A stretch of 64,000 nucleotides of DNA from a virus. The stretch lies in IMG/VR virus record IMGVR_UViG_3300042923_000502, positions 1-64,000 of that record; one strand, 5' to 3'. The translations under genes were made by a program, and so were the position numbers. Below, in pieces: positions 27,696-37,052 of the stretch; positions within the stretch are counted from its first letter, which is position 1; each line of letters begins with the position of its first letter. The notes under the pieces were generated by a model. It saw only the letters and a program-made list of their open reading frames with translations. It did not search any database and was not told the origin of the DNA.

Positions 27696-28003
27696 GTCAA
27701 TTCTTTTTTGGAAAGAAAGAAAAAGAAGCTTTGCTTGTTCACATCCCTTTTCGTCTTGTTAGTAGTATGGATGCCATGATCTACTTGCACAACTCCAACT
27801 CTCTTGAGATGGATCACATCAACTATGATGACATTGTAGAAGCTGGAGTGGAATTCATCGTTCGTCAATCATTGACGGTTCATCCACCAGAGCCACCTAC
27901 TACTCCAGAGCCTACTAGAAAACCGAAGAAACAAAATTCTACTCCTGTCTATTACGTCGAGGATCATATCGCCACTTCCAGAGGACGTAGCCAAATGAGA
28001 TGA
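27683..28003 (+). CDS. Hypothetical protein, Pro-rich C-terminus
   Basis: GGATGA RBS, 106 aa. Confidence 0.7.
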   Translation: MGFLGQFFFGKKEKEALLVHIPFRLVSSMDAMIYLHNSNSLEMDHINYDDIVEAGVEFIVRQSLTVHPPEPPTTPEPTRKPKKQNSTPVYYVEDHIATSRGRSQMR

Positions 28004-28091
28004 TCCTCACCTCTCAATTTCAAATGAGACGAACGCTAGTATTGTCAGAATCAATTTGACTGGCATATGTGGAACGTTCGTACCCCCTGAA

Positions 28092-28139
28092 TCTCCACAC
28101 GCTTACAACCTCTCCTAGAGCGTGTGGAGATTATTTTTC
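28092..28139 (+). terminator. Intrinsic terminator
   Basis: ATCTCCACACGCT/AGCGTGTGGAGAT plus T-rich tail. Confidence 0.7.
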
Positions 28140-28186
28140 TATTCTCCTATGAAAATATATAAATAAAAAATAAAACAATAAACATA

Positions 28187-28233
28187 TTGACATTTCTATC
28201 ATCATGTCGTATAATTAAGAAAAAATACGACAT
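28187..28233 (+). promoter_or_regulatory. Promoter of the recombinase gene with an overlapping inverted-repeat operator
   Basis: TTGACA-17-TATAAT; ATGTCGTAT-N12-ATACGACAT spanning the -10. Confidence 0.75.
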
Positions 28234-28254
28234 CGGCTAAAGGAGAGATTAAAT

Positions 28255-29334
28255 ATGGGTAGACCATTAATCAATGATAATGTAGTGATTTTGAATGAGC
28301 GGAATAAAGGCAAAAAAGAATTTAGAAATGTAGGCAAAGACATCTATCACTTCCTCTATCGCATCAATATTGGTCATGGCGAAGAACTTCAAAGTACCGC
28401 AGAAGCTTATGAGAGAGACATTAAGAGATTCTTTAAATTGATGTGGGGTAAAAATTTGGATCAACTAGAGATTGAAGACTTATACATCCTTCCATCCGAT
28501 ATTGAGAAGTATCAAACATATCTTGTTAACATGGGATTGAAGAGTAATACCGTAGACCGCAATATTAATGCGGTCAGATCATTGTACAACTACTTTGAAG
28601 AGAACGAATATCGTTACAAGTATGAAGATGAATGGGTATACATCACATCAAAGATTTTCAAGGGAATAAAAAGAGTTGATATTGATGACAAATCATCTTA
28701 CGGAACATTTGCACATGACGAAATGATGGAAATGATCGAATTAGCAAAAACTCTTGACAATGGTGAAACTAAGTCATTAGCTATTGAATTGGCAAGTGTA
28801 ACCTCTTTCCGACTTGAAGCTATTGCAAACATAAATAAGTCAGATTTTTTCTTTAAAAACAATACATGGGTTGCACGTGTATTTGATAAGAAAGTTGAAA
28901 ATGTTAAGGCTATACGCACAGACTTATATGATAGACTTATGGCTAATGCCGAAGGTAGAGAGAACTTGTTTGATTGTACAGCAAGAACATTGCAACGTAC
29001 CGTTGATCAATTGATTGATATGATGGGACTCGACAAAAAGGAAAGAAATCTTACCTTCCACTCTATCAAGAAGTATGGTATCAATGAAGTTGCCATGATG
29101 ACAAAAGGCGATATGAAAGCTATTTCCCTTCAAGGTAATCACTCGTCATTTGAAACTACCATGAAGTACTACCTTGCATATACAGAAGATTATTCAAAGA
29201 TGCCTTGTCTACAGATCGGTCAACCAATTGACACTACACCTCTCAATTCCTTGACAAAGGAACAATTGATTGAACTAATCAATTCAAGTAGTAGATCAAC
29301 ACAATACGAACTACTCAATAGTATCGGTCAATAG
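28255..29334 (+). CDS. Tyrosine recombinase family protein (SPbeta YopP-like)
   Basis: SAM-like N-domain; TSFRLEAI (R), FHSIKK (H-x-x-K variant), GNHSSFETTMKYY (H, Y). Confidence 0.85.
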   Translation: MGRPLINDNVVILNERNKGKKEFRNVGKDIYHFLYRINIGHGEELQSTAEAYERDIKRFFKLMWGKNLDQLEIEDLYILPSDIEKYQTYLVNMGLKSNTVDRNINAVRSLYNYFEENEYRYKYEDEWVYITSKIFKGIKRVDIDDKSSYGTFAHDEMMEMIELAKTLDNGETKSLAIELASVTSFRLEAIANINKSDFFFKNNTWVARVFDKKVENVKAIRTDLYDRLMANAEGRENLFDCTARTLQRTVDQLIDMMGLDKKERNLTFHSIKKYGINEVAMMTKGDMKAISLQGNHSSFETTMKYYLAYTEDYSKMPCLQIGQPIDTTPLNSLTKEQLIELINSSSRSTQYELLNSIGQ

Positions 29335-29342
29335 CACACAAA

Positions 29343-29373
29343 AAATAAGCCCTTCGAATGAAGGGTTTATTTT
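29343..29373. terminator. Bidirectional terminator
   Basis: AAATAAGCCCTTC-gaat-GAAGGGTTTATTT between convergent genes. Confidence 0.7.
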
Positions 29374-29381
29374 ACGTTTTC

Positions 29382-29511
29382 CGACAGGTTACATTTTTTG
29401 CGCTAATTAAAATAGTATTACTGAACTCTGTTAAATTTATTATATTCAGACTAAATTATATTCAGATAACAGTAATACTATTTTAATTAGCTAAACTTTT
29501 GTAACCTGTCG
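29382..29511. repeat. Long inverted repeat (12 bp + 22 bp perfect arms) with a central direct repeat; candidate origin or recombination site
   Basis: CGACAGGTTACA/TGTAACCTGTCG; GCTAATTAAAATAGTATTACTG/CAGTAATACTATTTTAATTAGC; ATTATATTCAGA x2. Confidence 0.85.
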
Positions 29512-29524
29512 TGAAAATAATTTT

Positions 29525-30274
29525 TTACTCGATAATCGAATACCCATTGGCTTCGCCGTTTTTACCTGAAAACTTAACCCGGTATATTTTTATTAGTCCG
29601 TGTTGCTCTAGTGCATCCGTATACCTTCTAAAAGTTGGATCAGACATTATCAATTCCTCTTTTACATTTCTTGATGCCATTCGATACGTGTTGAGCGTTC
29701 CCTGTTTATGCTTAATGTATCCGTAAATGTAAAATGCATTTGTTCCTAAGTCCTTCTCGCTCATGCATTTATCAAATACGTCATAGTAAATCTTGTGCGT
29801 GTTTGCTACTTCGTAAAACGTTCCATCTAGCAATCCCTCTATCTCTGAGTCGGGATTCCTAAAAAAACTTTTCACAGGGTACTTGACTTTATAGTTCAAA
29901 TCCTGTATAATAGTCTTATATCCAAGTTCACTTTTTCTATCACTTATTGTCTCGAATTCAAGAAATCCACTATCTATTGTCCATGATAACGGATAGTCCG
30001 ATGTTGTACGTGTATATCCCATTGTATCAAGTACTCCATTGTTTTTGATAATATAATCTACGTTCTTGTCAATCGGTGACTTCTGCAACTTCTCTTTCAT
30101 CATTGCTTGCGTGATCTTCTCGTTTCTATAGTATTCACAATATCTATACAAATAGGTTGCGTAATAGTAATATGAATACGTAAATGCGTTATGTTTAGAT
30201 GATTTAAGATTATCACGTAAATCTTTGAAAATCTCGTTTGGTACGTAAATGTGATTTTTAATACGTGACTTCAT
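29525..30274 (-). CDS. Putative replication initiator-like tandem winged-helix protein
   Basis: YVPNEIF.DL N-terminus; C-terminal wHTH MSDPTFRRYTDALEQHGLI...ANGY; next to the inverted repeat. Confidence 0.55.
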   Translation of the reverse strand: MKSRIKNHIYVPNEIFKDLRDNLKSSKHNAFTYSYYYYATYLYRYCEYYRNEKITQAMMKEKLQKSPIDKNVDYIIKNNGVLDTMGYTRTTSDYPLSWTIDSGFLEFETISDRKSELGYKTIIQDLNYKVKYPVKSFFRNPDSEIEGLLDGTFYEVANTHKIYYDVFDKCMSEKDLGTNAFYIYGYIKHKQGTLNTYRMASRNVKEELIMSDPTFRRYTDALEQHGLIKIYRVKFSGKNGEANGYSIIE

Positions 30275-30380
30275 ACATTACCTCTCTCCCTGTGGTTACA
30301 TTTTTTTGATATCATTAGTGTAATACAAAATTGATCGGTTGTCAAGTGTAAGATAAAATAAATTTAAGGAGCGTGTACTT

Positions 30381-30710
30381 ATGTCAACAGAATTAACAAG
30401 AATTATTGAATTCGTTCACAAGAACATTGAAAACTTTTACGGTGTCGAATTGACTGACCGCGAAAAACAGTTTATGCATGTTTACTACGTTATGCTTGAA
30501 CTAGCACTAGAAACAGAAAAGGAAGACGATGAAAGTGATTCGCAAATTATTGTCGATGAACTAGAGGAATCTTGGAATGAATTGATGGGTAGTGAAGATG
30601 GCTACACACTTGAAGATGTTTGTGGATGGGCTGAAAACAATGTTGATACTCTATTCGCTTTGTATCGTCAAGAAAAAGAAGTTGCAGATATGTATAGGGG
30701 GTTAGAGTGA
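30381..30710 (+). CDS. Hypothetical acidic protein
   Basis: AAGGAG RBS. Confidence 0.75.
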   Translation: MSTELTRIIEFVHKNIENFYGVELTDREKQFMHVYYVMLELALETEKEDDESDSQIIVDELEESWNELMGSEDGYTLEDVCGWAENNVDTLFALYRQEKEVADMYRGLE

Positions 30711-30925
30711 TGTTCATTGTTATACAATATGACTTTAACAACATGGAAGATGATCTTGGTTTCGCTAAATGTTCCAATATTCTTGGCTACAAAAAGAGTT
30801 ACAATGAAGCATATCAATACATCTGTGAATTAGACAGCAATTACTATAAAGGATGGGACGGAATGACTTATCCTCATTATGACATTAAAGAAATTAAGGA
30901 GATACAAAATGAAAGTATACAATAA
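30707..30925 (+). CDS. Hypothetical protein
   Basis: Overlapping stop/start. Confidence 0.65.
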   Translation: MMFIVIQYDFNNMEDDLGFAKCSNILGYKKSYNEAYQYICELDSNYYKGWDGMTYPHYDIKEIKEIQNESIQ

Positions 30926-31235
30926 ACTTGTACGTGATAAGATTCCTTTTATTGTTGAGGAAGATGGAAATAAATGTGGTATTGTCGTTCTTGAAAATGA
31001 TTTGGAGTATCTTCATGAGTTAAAAGTTAAGATGCAAGAAGAATTAGATGAATTCTTTTACACTGACGAAGAAGGTCAATTAGAAGAATTGGCTGATCTA
31101 ATTGAAGTCATCTATTCTTTCGTTGAAGCTAAAGGAGCTACGATTCACGAATTAGAGAAGATTAGACAGGAAAAAAGGATTGAACGTGGTAGTTTCAAGG
31201 ATAGAATTTTTCTGTTGTATGTAGATAAATTATAA
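30909..31235 (+). CDS. MazG-like/PRA-PH nucleotide pyrophosphohydrolase
   Basis: YNKLVRDKIP, KMQEELDEF, LEELADLIEV, KRIERGSF. Confidence 0.88.
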   Translation: MKVYNKLVRDKIPFIVEEDGNKCGIVVLENDLEYLHELKVKMQEELDEFFYTDEEGQLEELADLIEVIYSFVEAKGATIHELEKIRQEKRIERGSFKDRIFLLYVDKL

Positions 31236-31249
31236 AGGAGGAAAATAAA

Positions 31250-31795
31250 ATGAAGCTATTCTTTGATATGGAATTTACTGGATTGCATCAAAACACTACA
31301 CCTATCTCTATTGGCTTGATTGATGAACAAGGTAAAATGTTCTATGCAGAATTTAATGACTACAAACAGAATCAAGTCGATGAATGGATTGAAGAAAATG
31401 TTATAAAATATCTACTCTACAACCACACTCTATTCCACTTGCATAAGTCACAATACAATGATATTTCCATGAAAGGAACCGTTGATACAGTTGCATCAGA
31501 ACTACGTGCTTGGTTATCTCAATATGATTCCGTTGAAATGTGGAGCGATTGTCTAGCATATGATTGGGTATTATTTAATCAATTGTTTGGTCATGCATTT
31601 AAGATTCCATCGAATGTTTACTACATTCCATTTGATTTATCAACTTTACTTTGGACTAAAGGAATTAATCCAGATATTAATCGTGAAGAGTTCGCTGGGT
31701 ATGTGTGGAGTTCAGATAATCATTATCCAAAACATTCTGCTCTATGGGATGCCAAAATCATTCGTGAATGTTATTGTAAGCTTGTAGAAATGTGA
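31250..31795 (+). CDS. DEDDh 3'-5' exonuclease/exoribonuclease
   Basis: FFDMEFTG, ISIG, AYDW, KHSALWDA. Confidence 0.88.
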   Translation: MKLFFDMEFTGLHQNTTPISIGLIDEQGKMFYAEFNDYKQNQVDEWIEENVIKYLLYNHTLFHLHKSQYNDISMKGTVDTVASELRAWLSQYDSVEMWSDCLAYDWVLFNQLFGHAFKIPSNVYYIPFDLSTLLWTKGINPDINREEFAGYVWSSDNHYPKHSALWDAKIIRECYCKLVEM

Positions 31796-31799
31796 TTTA

Positions 31800-31949
31800 A
31801 TGAAGTATGACAAAACTAAAAAATATTATGTATATTGTTATAAGGAAGTTATTGTAAAAGGTGTAACATATTCATCCATAACAGAAGCATCTATCAAGTT
31901 AGGTGTATCAAGAACAACTATTGGAAGATGGTTGGGAATATATAAATAA
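31800..31949 (+). CDS. 49-aa NUMOD1-type HTH microprotein (possible homing endonuclease remnant)
   Basis: YYVYCY then GVTYSSITEASIKLGVSRTTIGRWL. Confidence 0.55.
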   Translation: MKYDKTKKYYVYCYKEVIVKGVTYSSITEASIKLGVSRTTIGRWLGIYK

Positions 31950-31972
31950 TACCTAAAGAGAAAGCGCTGGAA

Positions 31973-32509
31973 TTATCCAGCGCTTCTTTTTGTATCTACT
32001 ACATTGCCAGTATTGTCTACTTTGTGTACGACTTCCTTCATTTCATCTTCCGCAAACATTTTACGCGCTTTCTCCATTACCCTTAATATATAGACGTAGC
32101 TTTCTTTCAAATCTTTACTTTCCTCTGCCATATCCCTCATGATCCGTTGTTGCTCAACTAACCGCTTATCTTGCTCAATTACTTTTTGCTCCAACATTTT
32201 ATTTTTCTTTTGTAAGGCTACCATTGTTTCAATAAAGTCATCCATTAACCCTTTTACTTGTGAACTCATGTTAGGAGTATCGGACATATTGTAAATTGGA
32301 TCATGTTCCAATGGTTCGTTGCTCTCAAGCTTAGGCAATAGGTGCTTATGCCATCTATTCCGACACATATAGAAGGTTACATTTAAAAGGGTTGCCGCTT
32401 CTTCCAATCTCTTTCTAACACTACCTTTGCTAGTAGTCATATGTTCCATCAGAATTGAATCTTCCGCATCTGTCCATTCGTGATTCGCACTCTTCTTTTT
32501 AATCTCCAA
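31973..32509 (-). CDS. RsfA-like Myb/HTH transcriptional regulator
   Basis: WTDAEDSIL...LEEAA.LL..T..MC.NRW plus coiled coil. Confidence 0.75.
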   Translation of the reverse strand: MEIKKKSANHEWTDAEDSILMEHMTTSKGSVRKRLEEAATLLNVTFYMCRNRWHKHLLPKLESNEPLEHDPIYNMSDTPNMSSQVKGLMDDFIETMVALQKKNKMLEQKVIEQDKRLVEQQRIMRDMAEESKDLKESYVYILRVMEKARKMFAEDEMKEVVHKVDNTGNVVDTKRSAG

Positions 32510-33786
32510 GATAGATCACCTCATAGTGTTTTGTTATTTTATTTGGTGCTTGATCCTATTTTTATCATACCGACTATTAGATCATAAGTCAACATTATTG
32601 GTAAACTTTTTGGTATTTTCTATAGTAGTGTACCAATATTTTCGCAGGGGTTCAGAAATGGGGTATAGGTCTATATATGAAAACACAGGAATTAGTTGAA
32701 ACATAGCCCCCCTTCTAGGTGTGATGAAATAGATGGGATTGTGTGATTTTATCTTTGAGACGTAGACATATGATTAAATGTGGAATTTGTGTGAGAGGTG
32801 TGTTTTACGACAACGCTGAAAATTGAGATATAGATAAGCGATACTGTATATAATCGGCTGACATTTGCGTTAACGAGTTTTTCCTTCTGCGTTAACAAAT
32901 TAGACGTCAGAGTGTGATGATGGTGATTAGGTTGGGTGTAGAAATAGGGTTGATAATGTGTTGAAAATATTGCGACTGCGCGGAGTTGCAGTGCCCTGGG
33001 GGTATTGGAAATTAAAACCATCTTTTCCGGTTTTTACTAACCCCGCCTATGTCGCGGAATTAGCGTTCTACGACACGGAACCGGATTCACCTCATAAATG
33101 GTAAAAAGTGGGTAAAAATATGAATTTAGTGATATTATGAATAATTGGTAAATATTTACTTTTTTAAAAAATTTTTGATTTTTAAAAATTTCCCTTTTTT
33201 TGGCATCGTAGAAACGCGCGACCATAACACTAACCGCACGATGTAAGACACACCTATCACCTTAGCGACCATCTAGCGACCTCTATCCATCCAATCATCC
33301 ATCCAATCATCCACATAATCGCATACAACTATATTCAATCCTATCTTATGACCTCACATATTATCACCTCACATACAATCATATAAAACTATATTGCGCA
33401 CAATATAATAGCTTAACACTATATTGCACTATATTCTCTAGTTCTAAATATATCCAATATTCACCTATTAACCTACAATCTAATATCATCCTATCTAGTA
33501 TCATACTATTCAATTGCAAACAATATAATTTAACCCTATATAATGCAATCCTATCTAATAGCACACATTTAAATAGTTAACCTTTATATTAATCACTATT
33601 CTATCATGTAAAACTATATAGCTTCTCACTATATCATACAAAACTATATTGTACGCAATTTAATTCTATAATATATAATTGCATATCATTAATATAAATG
33701 TTAACTAATTGTATCCCAATAAATAGCCTACAATACTAACATACTAACATACTATACTAACATTATGCTAACATATGAATAAAAAG

Positions 33787-33803
33787 TTATCCACATATCC
33801 ACA
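33787..33803 (+). promoter_or_regulatory. DnaA box plus an adjacent near-box
   Basis: TTATCCACA followed by (A)TATCCACA. Confidence 0.5.
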
Positions 33804-34205
33804 CACGTAAAAACGTGCATACATTGCATACAATCTAATTTTATCCTATTCAATATCATGAAATATAATTGTAATCAATAATATAGTAATCAATATGTTA
33901 GTGATCATGATATATTCTCCTTTCAAATAAATGTAAATATATACTAAATAATGCAATAGTATACTATATCCATAATATACCAATATGCCATTATATACCA
34001 TATGATATTGTCATTATGATATGATTTAAATGTTATTATCTATATGTTAATATCTACACGATATTATTAATATGTATATATCAATATCCAATTATATCCA
34101 ATATATAAAAGTCAATAGGGAACACATGTTGCCCATTCTAAGCCCTTAAATCAATTGGAATGACCTAGTGTATGTAAGTAAGTTTATACATCGCTTAGAA
34201 ACGAT

Positions 34206-35230
34206 AGAAAGCGCTTTCTTGGGAAATAAGTTGATTTGACGCCATTTGCAAACGCTTACATTTTAAAAAAGAGCGATTATTTCCCAAAACGCATGAATAA
34301 ATATGCATAAAAGTAGCATATGTAATCGCTTACATGCATACTTATTCATCCATACACACAAATGAGTGATAAAATGAGGATAAATCGCACATATCTAATA
34401 AATAGATGAATTATCATTTTCCAATCTAAATATGATATAGATTCAAAATCACTGATTGAAAACGCTTTCATTATACATATATATCCATATTAGTAATATA
34501 AAGTGTTATCTGACAAATAATGTTTAAATGGATATATATGTAAGCAAAACATACCCATAATGACTTACATTGTCTAGGGAATAGAGAATCATAAAAACGT
34601 TGTCACAAGGATTGTAAGCCGCTTTAATCACGTTCAATAGTGCATCTAATACCCATGTTAGGGTACACATATTGAACGTCTTAGAAGGGCAAATAAAGCG
34701 CTTACATTTCAATCGTATGTAAGCCATAAAAAATGTAAATATTTTCAAAATGAATATTTATGCATAAAAATGTTTCGGATGCATACCCGAAAATTTTTCC
34801 GAACATTAAAAAAGTCTTATGTATCAAGGCTTTGTGGCACTTACTTTCTGATAGTGACATTCATAAGCAAAAGTTATCACTATGATAAAAAAATCAAAAG
34901 TCCTTATGTAGCAAGGGATTGCGTTATTTTTACCAATATATGTATATACATTAAAAAATCTAATTGTGTCAATATTGTGAACGAATTTTAAAATTTATTG
35001 AAATACGATATTGACATTTTAGAATCATTTGATCCATCATTTTTAAAACACGAACATTATGACCGATTATGGCACAATATATAGTCAAAATCCGAACATT
35101 AAGCCATTTTAGCCTTTTTAGCTTAAAAAATGAACTATAATGCGAACATAAATTCTCATATTGACACCTAAAATATGGATATTGTAAGCGCTTACTTTCT
35201 ACTAAAAATTGTCAATTGTAAACGCTTACA
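34206..35230. promoter_or_regulatory. Six cre (CcpA/LacI-type) operator-like sites
   Basis: 34206 AGAAAGCGCTTTCT, 34247 TGCAAACGCTTACA, 34321 TGTAATCGCTTACA, 34457 TGAAAACGCTTTCA, 35183 TGTAAGCGCTTACT, 35217 TGTAAACGCTTACA (weaker site at 34693). Confidence 0.65.
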
Positions 35231-35304
35231 TGCAAAATAATACGAACATATGGGAACATAATGTGTACATTTTGTGAAAACGGGCTTTTCAATGCTTTAT
35301 ACAT

Positions 35305-35333
35305 TTGCATACATTCCTATTACTTTGTAATAT
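35305..35333 (+). promoter_or_regulatory. Putative promoter of the long rightward operon
   Basis: TTGCAT-17-TAATAT; base composition turns purine-rich immediately after. Confidence 0.5.
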
Positions 35334-35668
35334 GGACATATCAACACGGCAACACGGCAACGAGAGCAACGAACGAACAACCCAACATTAAAAGAGGTTG
35401 AGCGTAGCAAGTGCGGACGACGGAAGCTACCCACACGCGAATAAGTGAGCAAAAGTAAGTCGCTAACTTATGGTAAGTGTGAGATAAAACGAATCAAAAA
35501 TGCTCACAAGGCTTGTACTTAGCGCAATGCCTAATACATGCTAAGGTGAAGTAATCACGGTTTAATGGGACTAGAAAGGGGAATGCAACCCAATAAGGGA
35601 TGTATGAGGAAAACAAGGTTTTGCTAAGTCTCACCTATCCTCACTAATACATGTGATGCAAAAAGATG

Positions 35669-35682
35669 GTTCTTTGAAAACT
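35669..35682 (+). promoter_or_regulatory. rrn-type boxA antitermination element
   Basis: GTTCTTTGAAAACT, matching the Bacillus rRNA leader boxA, within a ~800-nt untranslated leader. Confidence 0.7.
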
Positions 35683-36132
35683 TAAAAGGTTTATGCCATA
35701 CCCAAAAAGGCATACATTGTATGAATTTAATCTCTAGTCTAATCGAATGGTTAAGACAATGAGGTAAGAAAATTTCTAGTAATAGTGAAGCGAATTGTCC
35801 AATGGAGACAATGAGCGCACATGAGCGGAAAAGCGTAACGCATTGCATACGTGAAGTGTTCATAAACTAGGAAAAGATTATTGCCTTATATGTATGAGAA
35901 TCTTAGACGAATTGGTTAACATTTATGTTAGCCAAGTGCGATTAAATAGCGTGTCAACGTTGGTCATACAATGTAAAAATCATCCTTTAATCATCCTAAA
36001 GGCGTTGCCTAAGATGCTATGGAGTACATATGTATTGTGTAGCATCTTGGACAACGTTGTAAGCAACTTACAAATAGTAGGTTACTTACAACGTTGTACA
36101 TACAACGAATAAAAAAATGGAGTGATTAAATT

Positions 36133-36792
36133 ATGCACCTTCCACAAATTAAAGTACCCGATATGAAAACGGTTATCAATGTTCCGATTCTTTTGTCCAC
36201 TAAAGAATTTCCGATTTTGTCGGAATATAACTCTTTCAAGGCTACCGGAGAAGTATTCAAGAATGCCGGAGACAATAGCGCCTATAATCTAGCACCTATT
36301 CACGCATGGGTTAACATTGATCAATTACAAGGTGAAATGGGAGCGGCATCACGGTTAGGTTTTGGTATGTATGATTCCGACTTGGACAAAAAGAACGGGT
36401 TGTATTACACAATGAAGCTAGATGAAAAGGGAGAAGGTCGGCACGTAAACGGCACAATAACATATACTATTGTGGCGGTTATGGTTAAAGGCAAAAAATA
36501 TTCCGTGAAGAAAGATCACAAGTTACCGAACGGAACAACAATTCAAACCAAATTCGAGTTCTCTTACAATGGTAAGAGCGCGAAAAATTCCACACTTTTT
36601 AAGCTTTTGCGCAAGCTCATTGCAAACGGGTTGTTACAATTTGACAAAACAACTCACTTGGAATTGCTTGGAAAAGTTGACAAAGAAAAGAAAGACGAAA
36701 AGCCCGCAAGTGTGGACATTCCGCAAGCCCCAAAAGGTAAGAGACGTAACAAAAGCGCAAGCGCGGAAGAATCAAAAGCCGCAAATGCTTAA
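36133..36792 (+). CDS. First gene of the array; hypothetical, basic C-terminal tail
   Basis: GGAGTG RBS, 219 aa. Confidence 0.85.
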   Translation: MHLPQIKVPDMKTVINVPILLSTKEFPILSEYNSFKATGEVFKNAGDNSAYNLAPIHAWVNIDQLQGEMGAASRLGFGMYDSDLDKKNGLYYTMKLDEKGEGRHVNGTITYTIVAVMVKGKKYSVKKDHKLPNGTTIQTKFEFSYNGKSAKNSTLFKLLRKLIANGLLQFDKTTHLELLGKVDKEKKDEKPASVDIPQAPKGKRRNKSASAEESKAANA

Positions 36793-36887
36793 TTTAAAAT
36801 TTAAAAATGATAGTAGTTAACAATTAGTAACTATGCTAATTGTTAACTATTCTTGATTTTTAAATTAAATGTAAAGGATGGTAAAAA

Positions 36888-36971
36888 ATGGAAATTAAAA
36901 AATGGAAATTAAAAAATGACAAGCCATGCCGCAAATGTGGCAAGCCGGGTTGCCGTTGTTCTTTACTCTAA
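36888..36971 (+). CDS. 27-aa Cys-rich basic micropeptide
   Basis: AAAGGATG RBS; MEIKKWKLKNDKPCRKCGKPGCRCSLL; fills the space between hairpins 1 and 2. Confidence 0.55.
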   Translation: MEIKKWKLKNDKPCRKCGKPGCRCSLL

Positions 36972-37052
36972 TTTTTGTAAGATATGGTATATAACACAAC
37001 TATTGTTATATACCAAATTGTTACAAAAATTTACAAAAAAGGATGATAAAAA

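Larger units (their letters stand above)
32600..35300. other. Long AT-rich non-coding control region at the strand switch
   Basis: No credible ORFs; short tandem repeats, DnaA box, cre-like boxes, CGAACA repeats. Confidence 0.75.

Noticed and set aside
28255-29334. Calling the recombinase the integrase with an attP nearby
   Set aside because: No host-derived att core is visible, both flanks are phage-like, and the catalytic H-x-x-R is altered.
34780-34810. CodY box
   Set aside because: At least three mismatches in very AT-rich DNA; not distinguishable from background.
35528-35541. TGCCTAATACATGC matches Firmicute 16S rRNA
   Set aside because: A 14-nt match between 64 kb (two strands) and a 1.5-kb rRNA is close to chance expectation, and the flanks are not rRNA.
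32749-36112. Short ORFs listed in the non-coding region
   Set aside because: No RBS, atypical composition, overlap with repeats and operator-like motifs.
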